Assembly (NCBI GenBank): GCA_011605725.1
Contig: JAAOZP010000019.1
Location: 1,123 to 65,122 of the forward strand
Source: Nitrososphaerota archaeon
GTDB lineage: Archaea > Thermoproteota > EX4484-205 > JAAOZP01
Direction: 5' to 3'
DNA: 64,000 nucleotides
Made by a program: the position numbers and the translations under genes. The notes beneath the pieces were generated by a model. That model was given only the letters and a program-made list of their open reading frames with translations, was not told the origin of the DNA and made no database searches. Positions within the stretch are counted from its first letter, which is position 1; every line of letters begins with the position of its first letter. Shown piece after piece: positions 1 to 9,450 of the stretch.

Positions 1-91
1 TCTTGAAAAAATCTCTCACAATTTTTCTTTTCATAAAAATTATTGGCAAGGAGGTGTTCCGAAACTCTATAGTTAAGTAATTAAAACAAAC

Positions 92-346
92 ATGGTAATG
101 CTAGATGTTTTCGCAGACGGCTACGTTCCTGAGGTAATTATCGATAGGGAAAAGGAGCAAGAAACGATCAAGTATTTTCTTCAAGATGTTATTAAGGGAG
201 TGAATAAGGTTCTCTGCATTTATGGTAAGCCAGGAGTTGGTAAGACTGTTGTAACTAAGTATGTTTTGAACCAGTTTGACGAGCTTGAAAATGCTTGTTC
301 AATTTATCTTAGTGCATCACACTTAACTCCAAATCTAGCATTAAAA
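92..346 (+). pseudogene. cdc6: Orc1/Cdc6 replication initiator, N-terminal fragment truncated at a chimeric junction
   Basis: DGYVPEVIIDREKE and the Walker A IYGKPGVGKT are typical of Orc1/Cdc6. Similarity ends at the GCGCGCGCGCG run at 347-357, where GC content jumps. Confidence 0.8.
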
Positions 347-416
347 GCGCGCGCGCGAGGGGGCGCCGGCGAGGAACTTAGAGGTTCGAGTCGCGCCGGC
401 TAGCGCCTTCCTCACC

Positions 417-2276
417 GTGCTGGGAGGCTCCCTCAGCAGGGAGGGGCTCGTGGGAGTGGGCGAACGGCTCGCCCTCCCGCTCAGCGTGATCGTCGACAGC
501 GCCGCTGGGGACAGCGTCGCGCTAACAGTCACCATCTCCTACGGGGATTTCGCCAGGAACCCCAGCACGCAGACCGAAACCGTCGGGTTCCAGACGGTTA
601 GAGCGAAAGGTCTCCCCTTCTTCGCCTGCAGCCTCTCGCCCAGTAGGGTTGTCTCGGGCCAGCGGTATCAGATGTACCTCTACCTCACTAACACGGGTCC
701 CAGCACAGCCAAGGACGTTAAAGTCTCCGTGGCGAGCCTTTCACCGGGTGTCGCGGTTCTTTCTGGCTCCTCCGCCTCCTTGGGCGATTTCGCTCCCGGC
801 GAGACTAAAGCTATGCCGCTGCTGGTTAGGGCTGACCGCACAGCCGTTGGGGTGGCACAGCTCCAGCTGACACTAACCTACTACGACGAGTACGGTGATA
901 CGAGAACGAGCTCCTTGAGCACCGGTTTTGAGGTGGCGAGGTCCCCATCACCCCTACTCTCGGTGCAGCTGCTCAACGGGACTCTGCCCTACGGCCTGAA
1001 CACCAGACTTGTAGTATCAATCGTGAATCTCGGCGACGCGGCAGCTGTAGATGTGTCGGTAGACGCGGCATCGGGAGCTGGAGTCTACGTGCTGGAGGCT
1101 ACGAGGGCTAGGGTTAGGCGCGTGGAGGCCGGTCGCAGCGTCGAGCTCCCCTTCACGGTAAGGGTTGTGCCGACCGAAAGCTCGGCTACGATCACCTTCA
1201 GGCTCGAGTACTACGACGAGCCCGGCGAGAGGTACGCCGACGCGCTCCAGGTTTCCTTCAACGTGACACGAGGCGACCCCAGCGTCACGCTGACCCCGCT
1301 CAACAGGACCCTTTACCCTAACCGTGTCAACCACGTCGTAGTCCTAATCCGCAATACAGGATCCGCAGAGGCTCGCAACGTCACAGTCGCGTTGACCTCG
1401 CAGAGCCCCGAGATCGGCGCAGTTGTCGGTCCCTCCACGGTCAACGTGGGCAGCTTAGCTGCTGGCGCCTCGGCAGAAGTCGTGTTTGACGTGTTCGTCC
1501 AACCGAAGGTTTATGGGGCTCTGCAGCTCGTCGCCGCCGCCTCCTACAACGCGATCGACGGGCGCGCGTTTAGGGACCTCTACGCGCTCGGTTTCGAGGT
1601 GCACGGTGACTGGGAGCTGAGTGTCGCCTCCGTCGTCGCCGTGCCTCCGGTCGTGTTCCCCGGCGACAAGCTGGTGAGGCTCGCGGTCACGCTCGTGAAC
1701 TCCGGCGACTATATGGCGAGGAACGTGGAGGCGAGATTCCTCGGCGGCGAGTGGGTGAAGCCCAGCATTGCCAGCGGGGCTGAAACATTCATCCCCTACC
1801 TGCCCGTCGGGCGCGCGCGCTTCAGTGTGCGCAACGTGACGAGCCTCGAGGTGGAGAGAGGTGGAAGGGGGTACAAGCTGGTGTATGAGATCGAGAACAC
1901 CTCGAATTCCACCGCCGAGGACGTGCGCGTTGAGGTTTTTTCGCCTTTCGTGACGGGGACTACGAGCGTTTACCTGGGCACACTCACCTCGCGCGAACGC
2001 AAGCCGGTGACTTTCGAAGTGAGCATCGATCAATCCGCACCTCTCGGCGAGTTGCCCATCGACATAAGAGTAAGCTGGACGCAGGAAAGCAGGAGCTTAA
2101 GCCAGTACATTAGAGGCTCGCTGCACGTGAAGGAGCCTCGAGGAGTCAGCTCCCTGACCGTCGCGATTGCACTCGCAGCCGCCGCTGCCGTGCTCGCGTA
2201 CTACAAGAGGGGCAGCCTCAAGAAGCTCGCCACCCGTTTGCGCGGAAGCGGGAAGAACGCTTCCTTCCGCGAGTAG
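417..2276 (+). CDS. COG1361-type S-layer/Ig-like repeat protein with C-terminal TM anchor (5'-truncated, probably internally chimeric at ~1811)
   Basis: Repeated LTNTGxxxAxDV / IxNxGxAxA Ig-like units, a C-terminal hydrophobic helix and a basic tail. The segment is high-GC. Confidence 0.7.
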   Translation: MLGGSLSREGLVGVGERLALPLSVIVDSAAGDSVALTVTISYGDFARNPSTQTETVGFQTVRAKGLPFFACSLSPSRVVSGQRYQMYLYLTNTGPSTAKDVKVSVASLSPGVAVLSGSSASLGDFAPGETKAMPLLVRADRTAVGVAQLQLTLTYYDEYGDTRTSSLSTGFEVARSPSPLLSVQLLNGTLPYGLNTRLVVSIVNLGDAAAVDVSVDAASGAGVYVLEATRARVRRVEAGRSVELPFTVRVVPTESSATITFRLEYYDEPGERYADALQVSFNVTRGDPSVTLTPLNRTLYPNRVNHVVVLIRNTGSAEARNVTVALTSQSPEIGAVVGPSTVNVGSLAAGASAEVVFDVFVQPKVYGALQLVAAASYNAIDGRAFRDLYALGFEVHGDWELSVASVVAVPPVVFPGDKLVRLAVTLVNSGDYMARNVEARFLGGEWVKPSIASGAETFIPYLPVGRARFSVRNVTSLEVERGGRGYKLVYEIENTSNSTAEDVRVEVFSPFVTGTTSVYLGTLTSRERKPVTFEVSIDQSAPLGELPIDIRVSWTQESRSLSQYIRGSLHVKEPRGVSSLTVAIALAAAAAVLAYYKRGSLKKLATRLRGSGKNASFRE

Positions 2277-2338
2277 GGCCTTGCTCGGTCCGTGCGTGCA
2301 GCTAAAACGATAAAAAGCGCAGGTGGCTCGCGCACATC

Positions 2339-2899
2339 GTGAGTTTCAAGCTGCACTTGGGCCGTTCGCTCTACCTGATCGTGCTGGGCCCAGCGGGTAG
2401 CGGGAAGACCACGCTGACGGCGGCTTTCGGCAGCTGGCTCTCCGAGGTCCAAGAAGCGCGGGTGGCGTACGTGAACTTGGACCCGGGTGCCGACTACCTG
2501 CCGTACAAGCCTGACGTTGACGCAAGAGATTACGTAACTGTCGAAGCGCTCATGAGGGAGAAAGGGTTGGGCCCGAACGGCGCGCTCGTGGAGAGCATGC
2601 AGGCGCTGTGCGAGAGGGAGACCGAGATCCTCGAAAAAGTCTCGCGCTTGGAAGCCGATATCGTTCTCGTGGACACACCAGGCCAGATGGAGCTCTTCCT
2701 CTTCCACGACGTTGGGCCGGCGTTCTCGCGTGAGCTAGCGAAGCGGGGCGCCACGGTGGCTCTCGTACTCTTCGACTCTGGCCTGGCGAAGAGCCCGTCG
2801 CACTTCGCAACCCTCAGGCTTATATCTCTTGTAGTGCAGTTGAGGCTGGATGTACCGACAGTTGCTGCCCTAAACAAGGGCGATAGCGCGCGACCTTGA
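2339..2899 (+). pseudogene. GPN-loop GTPase, C-terminally truncated at a junction
   Basis: GPAGSGKT, VNLDPG, GLGPNGA, DTPGQME and LNKxD motifs. Ends at TAGCGCGCG (2884-2892). Confidence 0.85.
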
Positions 2900-3582
2900 A
2901 GGCGAGCAGGGGTCATCGCGGAGCTCGCGGCGAAGCTTGTCGAGCTGATGAACCTACAGCGTAGCGGCTAGAATCCCCCTCATCTCAGCAAAGGAGCGCT
3001 GGGGCTTAGCGCGCGCGGCTAACCTAAACTGTTCAGTTGCTAGAAGGTAGGCTTTTCGCCCTCCGGAGATATTCGTCTAAGATCGCGTCGTCAACTTCAT
3101 CTCTTCTCATGATTAAGGGCCTCTTCTGAAAAACATTGTTTTCCAACGGAAATATTTAAGCTTACTTAATTTCAGTAGCATTCATGACCAAAAGGTTAAC
3201 CTTCTCTCTATGCAAGTCTCCAACCTCTTTCCTAATTAAATACCTTCCCTAGAAATCGTAATCAGTCAAGACCATGAAAGGCAGATCAGAATTCTTTCTA
3301 AACTTCCTATAAGGGCTATAAATCCTTTCAAATCCATTAATCGCTGGCTTAACAATGCCGATGACAATCTCTCATATAGCTTTGTTCTTCTCCTTATCTC
3401 CGTTTAAGACTCTGCAAGAGGATTTTCGAAATTCCTATATTGACATGGATAAAAGTTGCAGATTGAAGAAAAGGTTATTCAGGGTTCTTCAAAATAAACA
3501 TTTTCCCTGAACAGTACATACTAGAAAAGCTTAAAAACCCTAGGTTGCAGAAGATTACAGCAGTTAATCGAGGAATCCCTGG

Positions 3583-3622
3583 GGGATCACCTGGGGAAGC
3601 AGAGGCCCTAGAGGGTGATCCC
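3583..3622 (+). promoter_or_regulatory. Bulge-helix-bulge RNA element in the rtcB 5' leader (predicted 15-nt intron 3598-3612) sequestering the SD
   Basis: GGGATCACC-TGGG-GAA-GC-AGAG-GC-CCTA-GAG-GGTGATCCC: 9-bp outer helix, 4-bp central helix and two 3-nt bulges. ATG at 3628. Confidence 0.8.
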
Positions 3623-3627
3623 GAGAA

Positions 3628-6576
3628 ATGAGCTACAAGTTTGAAAAGGTTTCGGATGTAGAGTACCATGTAGACGTGGGCGCTAAGAAGGGGATGAGAG
3701 TACCGTTAAGAATCTTCGCTGATGAAACGTTGTTGCAGAAGATGACGCAGGATAAAACGATTGAGCAGGGATTAAACGTTGCAACGCTTCCAGGAATATA
3801 TAAATATTCAATTATTCTACCGGATGGCCACGAAGGCTATGGCTTTCCCATCGGGGGCGTAGGTGCTTTCGACGTTAAGGAGGGTGTTGTTTCACCCGGA
3901 GGCGTTGGCTACGATATCAACTGCCTATCCGGGGACAGCTTGATTCTGCATGAACATGGTTACAGACTTCCCATCAAAGAGTTCTTAAACAGTTGGAATC
4001 GTGAACGGGTTACATGCGTTAGCCCTGAGAGGGGCGCTAGGCCCACTGAGGTTATACGTTTTATCAGGATTCGCCCTAACTGCAGAGTTTTCAGGGTTGA
4101 AACAAGCTCAGGCATGAAGATAATAGCTACAGAGGACCATCCTTTTCTCACACGTAGGGGGATGGTGCCGTTGAGAGAGGTAGGCTACGAGGACGTCGCC
4201 GTCTACCCGTTCGAAGGAGTACCGTATGAAAATCCTGAGCCCATAACTATAGTGACGGAGGATGATTTAAAGCGTCTTAAGGTTCCCGGCCGGAAAGACC
4301 TGTTGATCTCTGAACTCAAAAGAAGAGGGCTTCTCCCATTGAAGAGTAATAACAGTAAGTTTCCATATCTTCTTAAGCTAATGGGTTTCATACTTGGTGA
4401 CGGGACGCTCCTGTACACCGAAAAGAGCCACGCAGCCTGGTTCTTCGCGAGGGTTGAAGACTTGCAGGAGATAAGGGACGATATTTTACGCTTAGGTTTT
4501 AGGCCTTCTAAAATCTATTCAAGAGCTAGGAGACGCAGGATTAAAACTAAATACAGCGAGTATGGCTTTACAATGCTTGAGCACAGCATTAAGGTTTGTT
4601 CTAGGAGCTTTATCTCGCTTATGGCTGCGATGGGTGTCCCTCTGGGAAACAAGGCTTCGCAAAACTATACGTTGCCTAAATGGTTGTTCAGGCTTCCCCT
4701 TTGGCAGAAGAGACTTTTCCTTGCCGCGTTCTTCGGAGCTGAGCTTTCCAAGCCGAAAACGGTAACAGGGCATCCCTTTAATTTCTATATGCCTGTCTTG
4801 AGCCAGAATAAGAAGAAGGGCTATGAGGAGGCTGGTGTAAAGTTTCTTAGGCAAATCGCCTTGCTCCTAGGAGAGTTCGGCATTAAAGTTAAGAAAATAA
4901 CTATGGAGCCTGAAGCGGTTGTGGGGAAAGGAAATGTTCCTTCCACTAGGCTCCGCCTCATACTATCTGGTTCCCCAGAGAATTTGACTAAACTGTGGAG
5001 CACGGTGGGGTTTGAATATAACAGGGAGAAGAAGCATCTCGCAAATGTTGCTGCTCACTACTTGAAGCTGAAGACACGCGTAGTAAAAACTAGAAAGAAG
5101 GTGGAGCTCGTAGCTCTCGCTATGAGGAACAAAGGCCTGTCAAATACAACGATATATGAAAGTCTGGAATCTGAATACGTAAATCGAAGGTTTATTGAAA
5201 GGTCTCTGTACGGGGAGAGGAAGAGTCTTCCAAGAGTACCGTTAAGCTTTCTGCCATTCGAGGATTTTCTAGGGTCAGCGACGGAGGGTCTTGGTAAAAC
5301 AGGTACTGTTTGGGATAGGGTTGTGAAAAAGGAGGAAATACTGTTCAACGAGGAGGTTTATGATTTTACTGTTAAAGACGATGTTCATAATTTCATAGCC
5401 AATGGCTTCGTGGTTTCAAACTGCGGCGTGCGCCTTCTCTTGACGAATCTTAATGTGGGGGATGTTAAGCCTGTTTTGAGGGATCTGCTCGACGAGATTT
5501 TCCGGAACGTTCCCTCCGGCTTAGGCTCTGAAGGGAAGCTTAGGATGAGCTTCGACGAGCTGGATAATGCTGTTAGGGAGGGTGTTGGCTGGGCTGTTAA
5601 GCGGGGATATGGATGGAAAGAGGATGCTGAGTTCATTGAGGAGAATGGTTGTCTTCAGGGTGCTGACCCGAGTAAGGTCAGTGTTACCGCTAAGAGGCGT
5701 GGCTTGCCGCAGCTCGGCAGCCTTGGAAGCGGAAACCATTTCCTTGAAATTGATTTCGTGGAGAGGATTTTGAATAAAGAGGTTGCTGAAGGGTTTGGAA
5801 TCGAAAGGGTTGGGCAGATCGTGGTACTTATTCATACGGGGAGCCGTGGATACGGGCATCAGATTTGCAGCGATTATCTTAAAACCATGGAGGCAGCCAG
5901 CAGGAAGTATAACATTTGGCTGCCGGATAGAGAGCTTGCAGCCGTGCCTGTTGAAAGCCAGGAGGCAAAGGATTACTTTGCTGCAATGGCCTGTGCAGTC
6001 AACTATGCTTTCTTAAACAGGCAGGTTATTACTCACTGGGTTAGGGAGAGCTTCACGAAGGTTTTGAAAAAAGACGCTTCAGAACTTGGCTTGAATGTTC
6101 TCTACGATGTTGCGCATAACATTGCTAAGATTGAGGATCACAGGGTTAACGGGGAGAAGAAGAGGGTTGTTGTCCATAGAAAAGGCGCTACCAGGTCGTT
6201 CCCGCCGGGGAGCAATCATATTCCACAAAAATACAGGCAGTATGGTCAACCGGTTCTAATACCTGGTTCAATGGGATCGGCAAGCTGGGTTCTGGTTGGA
6301 ACCGAGACTGCGATGGAGGCGAGCTTCGGCTCAACCGCGCACGGCGCTGGAAGAATGCTGAGCAGGCATGAGGCGATGCGGAGGTTTACGAGTAGACAGA
6401 TCAGAGGAATGCTTGAGGAGAGAGGTGTCTACCTTAGGGTTGCGGATATGAACCTGGTTGCTGAGGAGGCGCCTGGAGCCTACAAGGATCCCGACCAGGT
6501 GGTTGAAGTGACCCATAGGGCTGGGATTTCGCTTAAGGTTGCTAGGCTAGTGCCTCTTGGCGTGGTTAAAGGATAG
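3628..6576 (+). CDS. rtcB: RNA-splicing ligase RtcB containing an intein
   Basis: PDGHEGYGFPIGGV, GGVGYDIN/CGVR, GSLGSGNHF, HTGSRG, HRKGAT, HGAGR and EEAPGAYKD motifs. Confidence 0.97.
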   Translation: MSYKFEKVSDVEYHVDVGAKKGMRVPLRIFADETLLQKMTQDKTIEQGLNVATLPGIYKYSIILPDGHEGYGFPIGGVGAFDVKEGVVSPGGVGYDINCLSGDSLILHEHGYRLPIKEFLNSWNRERVTCVSPERGARPTEVIRFIRIRPNCRVFRVETSSGMKIIATEDHPFLTRRGMVPLREVGYEDVAVYPFEGVPYENPEPITIVTEDDLKRLKVPGRKDLLISELKRRGLLPLKSNNSKFPYLLKLMGFILGDGTLLYTEKSHAAWFFARVEDLQEIRDDILRLGFRPSKIYSRARRRRIKTKYSEYGFTMLEHSIKVCSRSFISLMAAMGVPLGNKASQNYTLPKWLFRLPLWQKRLFLAAFFGAELSKPKTVTGHPFNFYMPVLSQNKKKGYEEAGVKFLRQIALLLGEFGIKVKKITMEPEAVVGKGNVPSTRLRLILSGSPENLTKLWSTVGFEYNREKKHLANVAAHYLKLKTRVVKTRKKVELVALAMRNKGLSNTTIYESLESEYVNRRFIERSLYGERKSLPRVPLSFLPFEDFLGSATEGLGKTGTVWDRVVKKEEILFNEEVYDFTVKDDVHNFIANGFVVSNCGVRLLLTNLNVGDVKPVLRDLLDEIFRNVPSGLGSEGKLRMSFDELDNAVREGVGWAVKRGYGWKEDAEFIEENGCLQGADPSKVSVTAKRRGLPQLGSLGSGNHFLEIDFVERILNKEVAEGFGIERVGQIVVLIHTGSRGYGHQICSDYLKTMEAASRKYNIWLPDRELAAVPVESQEAKDYFAAMACAVNYAFLNRQVITHWVRESFTKVLKKDASELGLNVLYDVAHNIAKIEDHRVNGEKKRVVVHRKGATRSFPPGSNHIPQKYRQYGQPVLIPGSMGSASWVLVGTETAMEASFGSTAHGAGRMLSRHEAMRRFTSRQIRGMLEERGVYLRVADMNLVAEEAPGAYKDPDQVVEVTHRAGISLKVARLVPLGVVKG
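3922..5421 (+). mobile_element. Intein (500 aa) with LAGLIDADG homing endonuclease in RtcB
   Basis: Starts CLSGDS; block B ATEDHPF; LMGFILGDG and FLAAFFGAE; ends VYDFTV...HNFIANGFVVSN followed by +1 Cys. Confidence 0.95.
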
Positions 6577-6663
6577 CTTGGAAGCATAGTTCTACGTTAA
6601 CCCGTTTTTCTTCTCCGAAGCGTGTGCTAAGCTTAAAAAAGGTTAAACCAGTTTATAATCCTC

Positions 6664-8364
6664 ATGGAGAAGAGCCTCTTCAAAGTTTTAAGCCTCATCA
6701 TACTGGGCTTCTTGCTCGCGTCAAGACCCCTTTGTTCAAGCTACGGTTGGAGCAACGGGGGCTATAGTGATGATCCTTCAAGCCCCAAGTATGGGACTCA
6801 CGACTGGATTGCTCAGCACGCTTTAGACTGGCTTCCGGACGAGGAGAAGAGTTTCATCGTAAGTAATCTCGCAACCTATCTTTACGGGACTGAGCTTCCG
6901 GATAACAATAGGGCTCCTGACGGCATAGGCGACACTAGGATGCATCATGTTTACTATCGTGCTGACCGCTCGTTGCAGGATGATGCTTCAGCTAAACGTG
7001 CTCAGGAGGAGTTTGAACTAGCGGTTTCCCTATATCTTTCCGGGGATGTTTCAGGAGCTGTTAAAAGGCTTGGAGCCATGACGCATTATGTTTCAGACAT
7101 GGCTGTTTTCGCCCACGTGATGGGGTCTTTAACCGACTGGGGTAGTGAGGAGCACCATAGCGATTACGAGGACTATGTGAACCGGAAGACAAGTAGCTAC
7201 AGCAGCGAGTTTAACGTTTTCCTAAGCTTCGACGGTACTCTGGACACGGTTTCGGCTTACGACGCTACTCTCAAGCTTGCTTTCGACACGACTTTCGACG
7301 CTGATGCTGGTCTCACATGCGTATGGATGGATAGGAACTACGATTGGAGCAACCCTGTTTTCAGAAAAAGATGTGGAGAATCGCTCAACCTTGCAGTAAA
7401 CCTTTTAACTGATGTTTTACACACTTTTTATCTGAGGGTTTCACCCCATCCGCTTACAGTGAAAATCGCTTTCTCTGCAAACGGTCTTGAAAACGATGCT
7501 TCAGGCACTGTTCTAATCGTTGACGGAGTAGGCTACTCCTATACTTGTTTACCGAGGAGCTTTACATGGGAAGCTGGTTCAACGCATACTTTCGAGTGGA
7601 CGAGTAATGTTGATGCTGGAGACGGGAAAAGGTATGTTTGGTCGTCAACCCATGGTCTTTCAACCCGTAGAAACGGTTCAATAATGGTCCAGCCGGATGG
7701 GGGTTTCATTTCCGCAAACTACTGCACGGAATACTTTTTGACGATGCTTGTCAACCCGAGTGGCGGAGGCTCGGCTTCCCCATGCTCAGGATGGTATCGC
7801 GCAGGATCCTTGCTTCAGATAAACGTTACAACGGCGCCTGGATACAGGTTTGTAAACTGGACTGGGCTTGGAGCAGGCTCCTACACTGGTTCGAGTAGAA
7901 GTGTTTTCATAACTGTGAACAGCCCTATTCTCCAGACGGCAAACCTTGAAGCCTTCGACTTCACTGTTTCAATCCTTCCTGGAAACGGGACAGCCTTAGC
8001 GGGGGAAACCTTGACGGCAACCGTTAACGTAATGCTTTCAAGCGGCTCACCGTTAGTCGTGTCTCTCTCCGCGTCAACTCTTCCCAACGGGGTTTCCATC
8101 ACATTTACTCCGGAAAGCCAAAATCCTCCGTTTACAAGCGAATTGAAGATAAAAATTGCCAGCGGCACGCCGGCTGGAACCTACGCGATAAACATATTTG
8201 GACAAGGCGGTAACCTGACTAGGGCTGCTACGTACGTGCTGACAGTGAAGGCTTCCAGCCTCCTTGAGTCAAATACTGGAATTATAGTGTCAATAATTAT
8301 TGTCTCCCTTATTATTATTCTAATGCTGGCCCGGAAATTTTTAGCTAAGCACAGTACGCGCTGA
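6664..8364 (+). CDS. Secreted, membrane-anchored Zn-dependent phospholipase C / S1-P1 nuclease-fold protein with Ig-like stalk
   Basis: Signal peptide followed by W-SNGG...THDWIA, ELPD, HYVSD and HSDYE Zn ligands; beta-rich repeats; C-terminal TM helix. Confidence 0.75.
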   Translation: MEKSLFKVLSLIILGFLLASRPLCSSYGWSNGGYSDDPSSPKYGTHDWIAQHALDWLPDEEKSFIVSNLATYLYGTELPDNNRAPDGIGDTRMHHVYYRADRSLQDDASAKRAQEEFELAVSLYLSGDVSGAVKRLGAMTHYVSDMAVFAHVMGSLTDWGSEEHHSDYEDYVNRKTSSYSSEFNVFLSFDGTLDTVSAYDATLKLAFDTTFDADAGLTCVWMDRNYDWSNPVFRKRCGESLNLAVNLLTDVLHTFYLRVSPHPLTVKIAFSANGLENDASGTVLIVDGVGYSYTCLPRSFTWEAGSTHTFEWTSNVDAGDGKRYVWSSTHGLSTRRNGSIMVQPDGGFISANYCTEYFLTMLVNPSGGGSASPCSGWYRAGSLLQINVTTAPGYRFVNWTGLGAGSYTGSSRSVFITVNSPILQTANLEAFDFTVSILPGNGTALAGETLTATVNVMLSSGSPLVVSLSASTLPNGVSITFTPESQNPPFTSELKIKIASGTPAGTYAINIFGQGGNLTRAATYVLTVKASSLLESNTGIIVSIIIVSLIIILMLARKFLAKHSTR

Positions 8365-8449
8365 AACACGGTGTGCAGGTTTTCAACGCAAAACGCTTAG
8401 CCCCCGCATGAGGGCAGCGCATCTAGATTAAAAGCCTAGTGGAATATGC

Positions 8450-9361
8450 TTAGGCTTCGAACAGTCCTGTGCTTAAATACTTCTCTCCTCCGTCTGGAAG
8501 AACTGCAACTATCGTCCTATCCTTTCCCAGCTCCCTTGCCTTTCTAAGAGCTATAAGCATTATGGCGCCGGAGCTCATTCCGATGAGCAGCCCCTCTTTT
8601 CTAGCTGCTTCCCTAGCGATTCTAAAAGCCTCCTGCTTCTCCTTCTCATCGATCTCAACAATCTCGTCGAACCATTCTCTTCTAAAAAGCTGAGTTGGAT
8701 ATGGTTCGCTTGGGTTCCTTATTCCCTGAATACTCACGCCCAGCCTAGGGGTTACTCCAACCATCTTAATACTTGGGTTGAACTTTTTAACGCGCATCGA
8801 TATGCCCACCCCGGTTCCCGCCGTCCCTATTCCCACCACAACCATGTCCAGTTTCCCACCAGTCTGCTCCAGGATTTCTCGGCCAGTCGTCTGGTAGTGC
8901 GCCAGAATGTTTGCAGGATCCTTAAACTGGTCTAAGTCAACATACTTGTCAGGATTCTCCCTTAGTATTTTTTGTTTCAGCTCTATTGCTCCGCCTGTCC
9001 CCTTCTCTCCTGGGGAGAGAATGAGCTCGGCACCGTAAGCCCTTATTATCTTCATCCTCTCAACGCTTACTGACTCAGGCATAACTATTGTAATCCTGTA
9101 TCCTTTGGCTGCTGCCAGCATAGCCAGAGCTATTCCAGTGTTTCCAGATGTTGCTTCAAGAATAGTCTTGCCTCTACTAAGCCTTCCCGAAGCCTCTGCA
9201 TACTCTATAATGTAGAGCGCCATCCTGTCTTTAACGGATCCTCCGATGTTGTACCATTCTAGCTTAGCGTAGAGGGTTGCGTCCCCGGGCTGAGCAAGCC
9301 TGTTTATTTTAACCATGGGAGTCATTCCTATTAGACCGGTGATGTCGCTTGCAACTTTCAT
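8450..9361 (-). CDS. cysK: Cysteine synthase (PLP-dependent, CysK/CysM family)
   Basis: KLEWYNIGGSVKDR, EATSGNTG, GIGTAGT and PDGGEKYLST motifs. Confidence 0.9.
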   Translation of the reverse strand: MKVASDITGLIGMTPMVKINRLAQPGDATLYAKLEWYNIGGSVKDRMALYIIEYAEASGRLSRGKTILEATSGNTGIALAMLAAAKGYRITIVMPESVSVERMKIIRAYGAELILSPGEKGTGGAIELKQKILRENPDKYVDLDQFKDPANILAHYQTTGREILEQTGGKLDMVVVGIGTAGTGVGISMRVKKFNPSIKMVGVTPRLGVSIQGIRNPSEPYPTQLFRREWFDEIVEIDEKEKQEAFRIAREAARKEGLLIGMSSGAIMLIALRKARELGKDRTIVAVLPDGGEKYLSTGLFEA

Positions 9362-9450
9362 TTCCAGGGCGTTTTTATAACAGGGTTATATTAAGCTTTC
9401 TTAAGCCTCAACAGCGGATTATAAAAGAAAACGAATAGGAATGAACATCT

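Noticed and set aside
347-403. C-terminal extension of the 103-aa Cdc6 ORF and similar tails such as 60890-61041
   Set aside because: These are read-through across chimeric junctions into unrelated sequence.
3020-3420. Minus-strand remnant with a TOPRIM-like VLTDYD motif
   Set aside because: Multiple stops and too little similarity to assign a family.
3583-3627. BHB intron restoring an N-terminal extension of RtcB
   Set aside because: The intron is 15 nt (frame-neutral) and an in-frame TGA at 3616 remains after splicing, so the element is non-coding leader.
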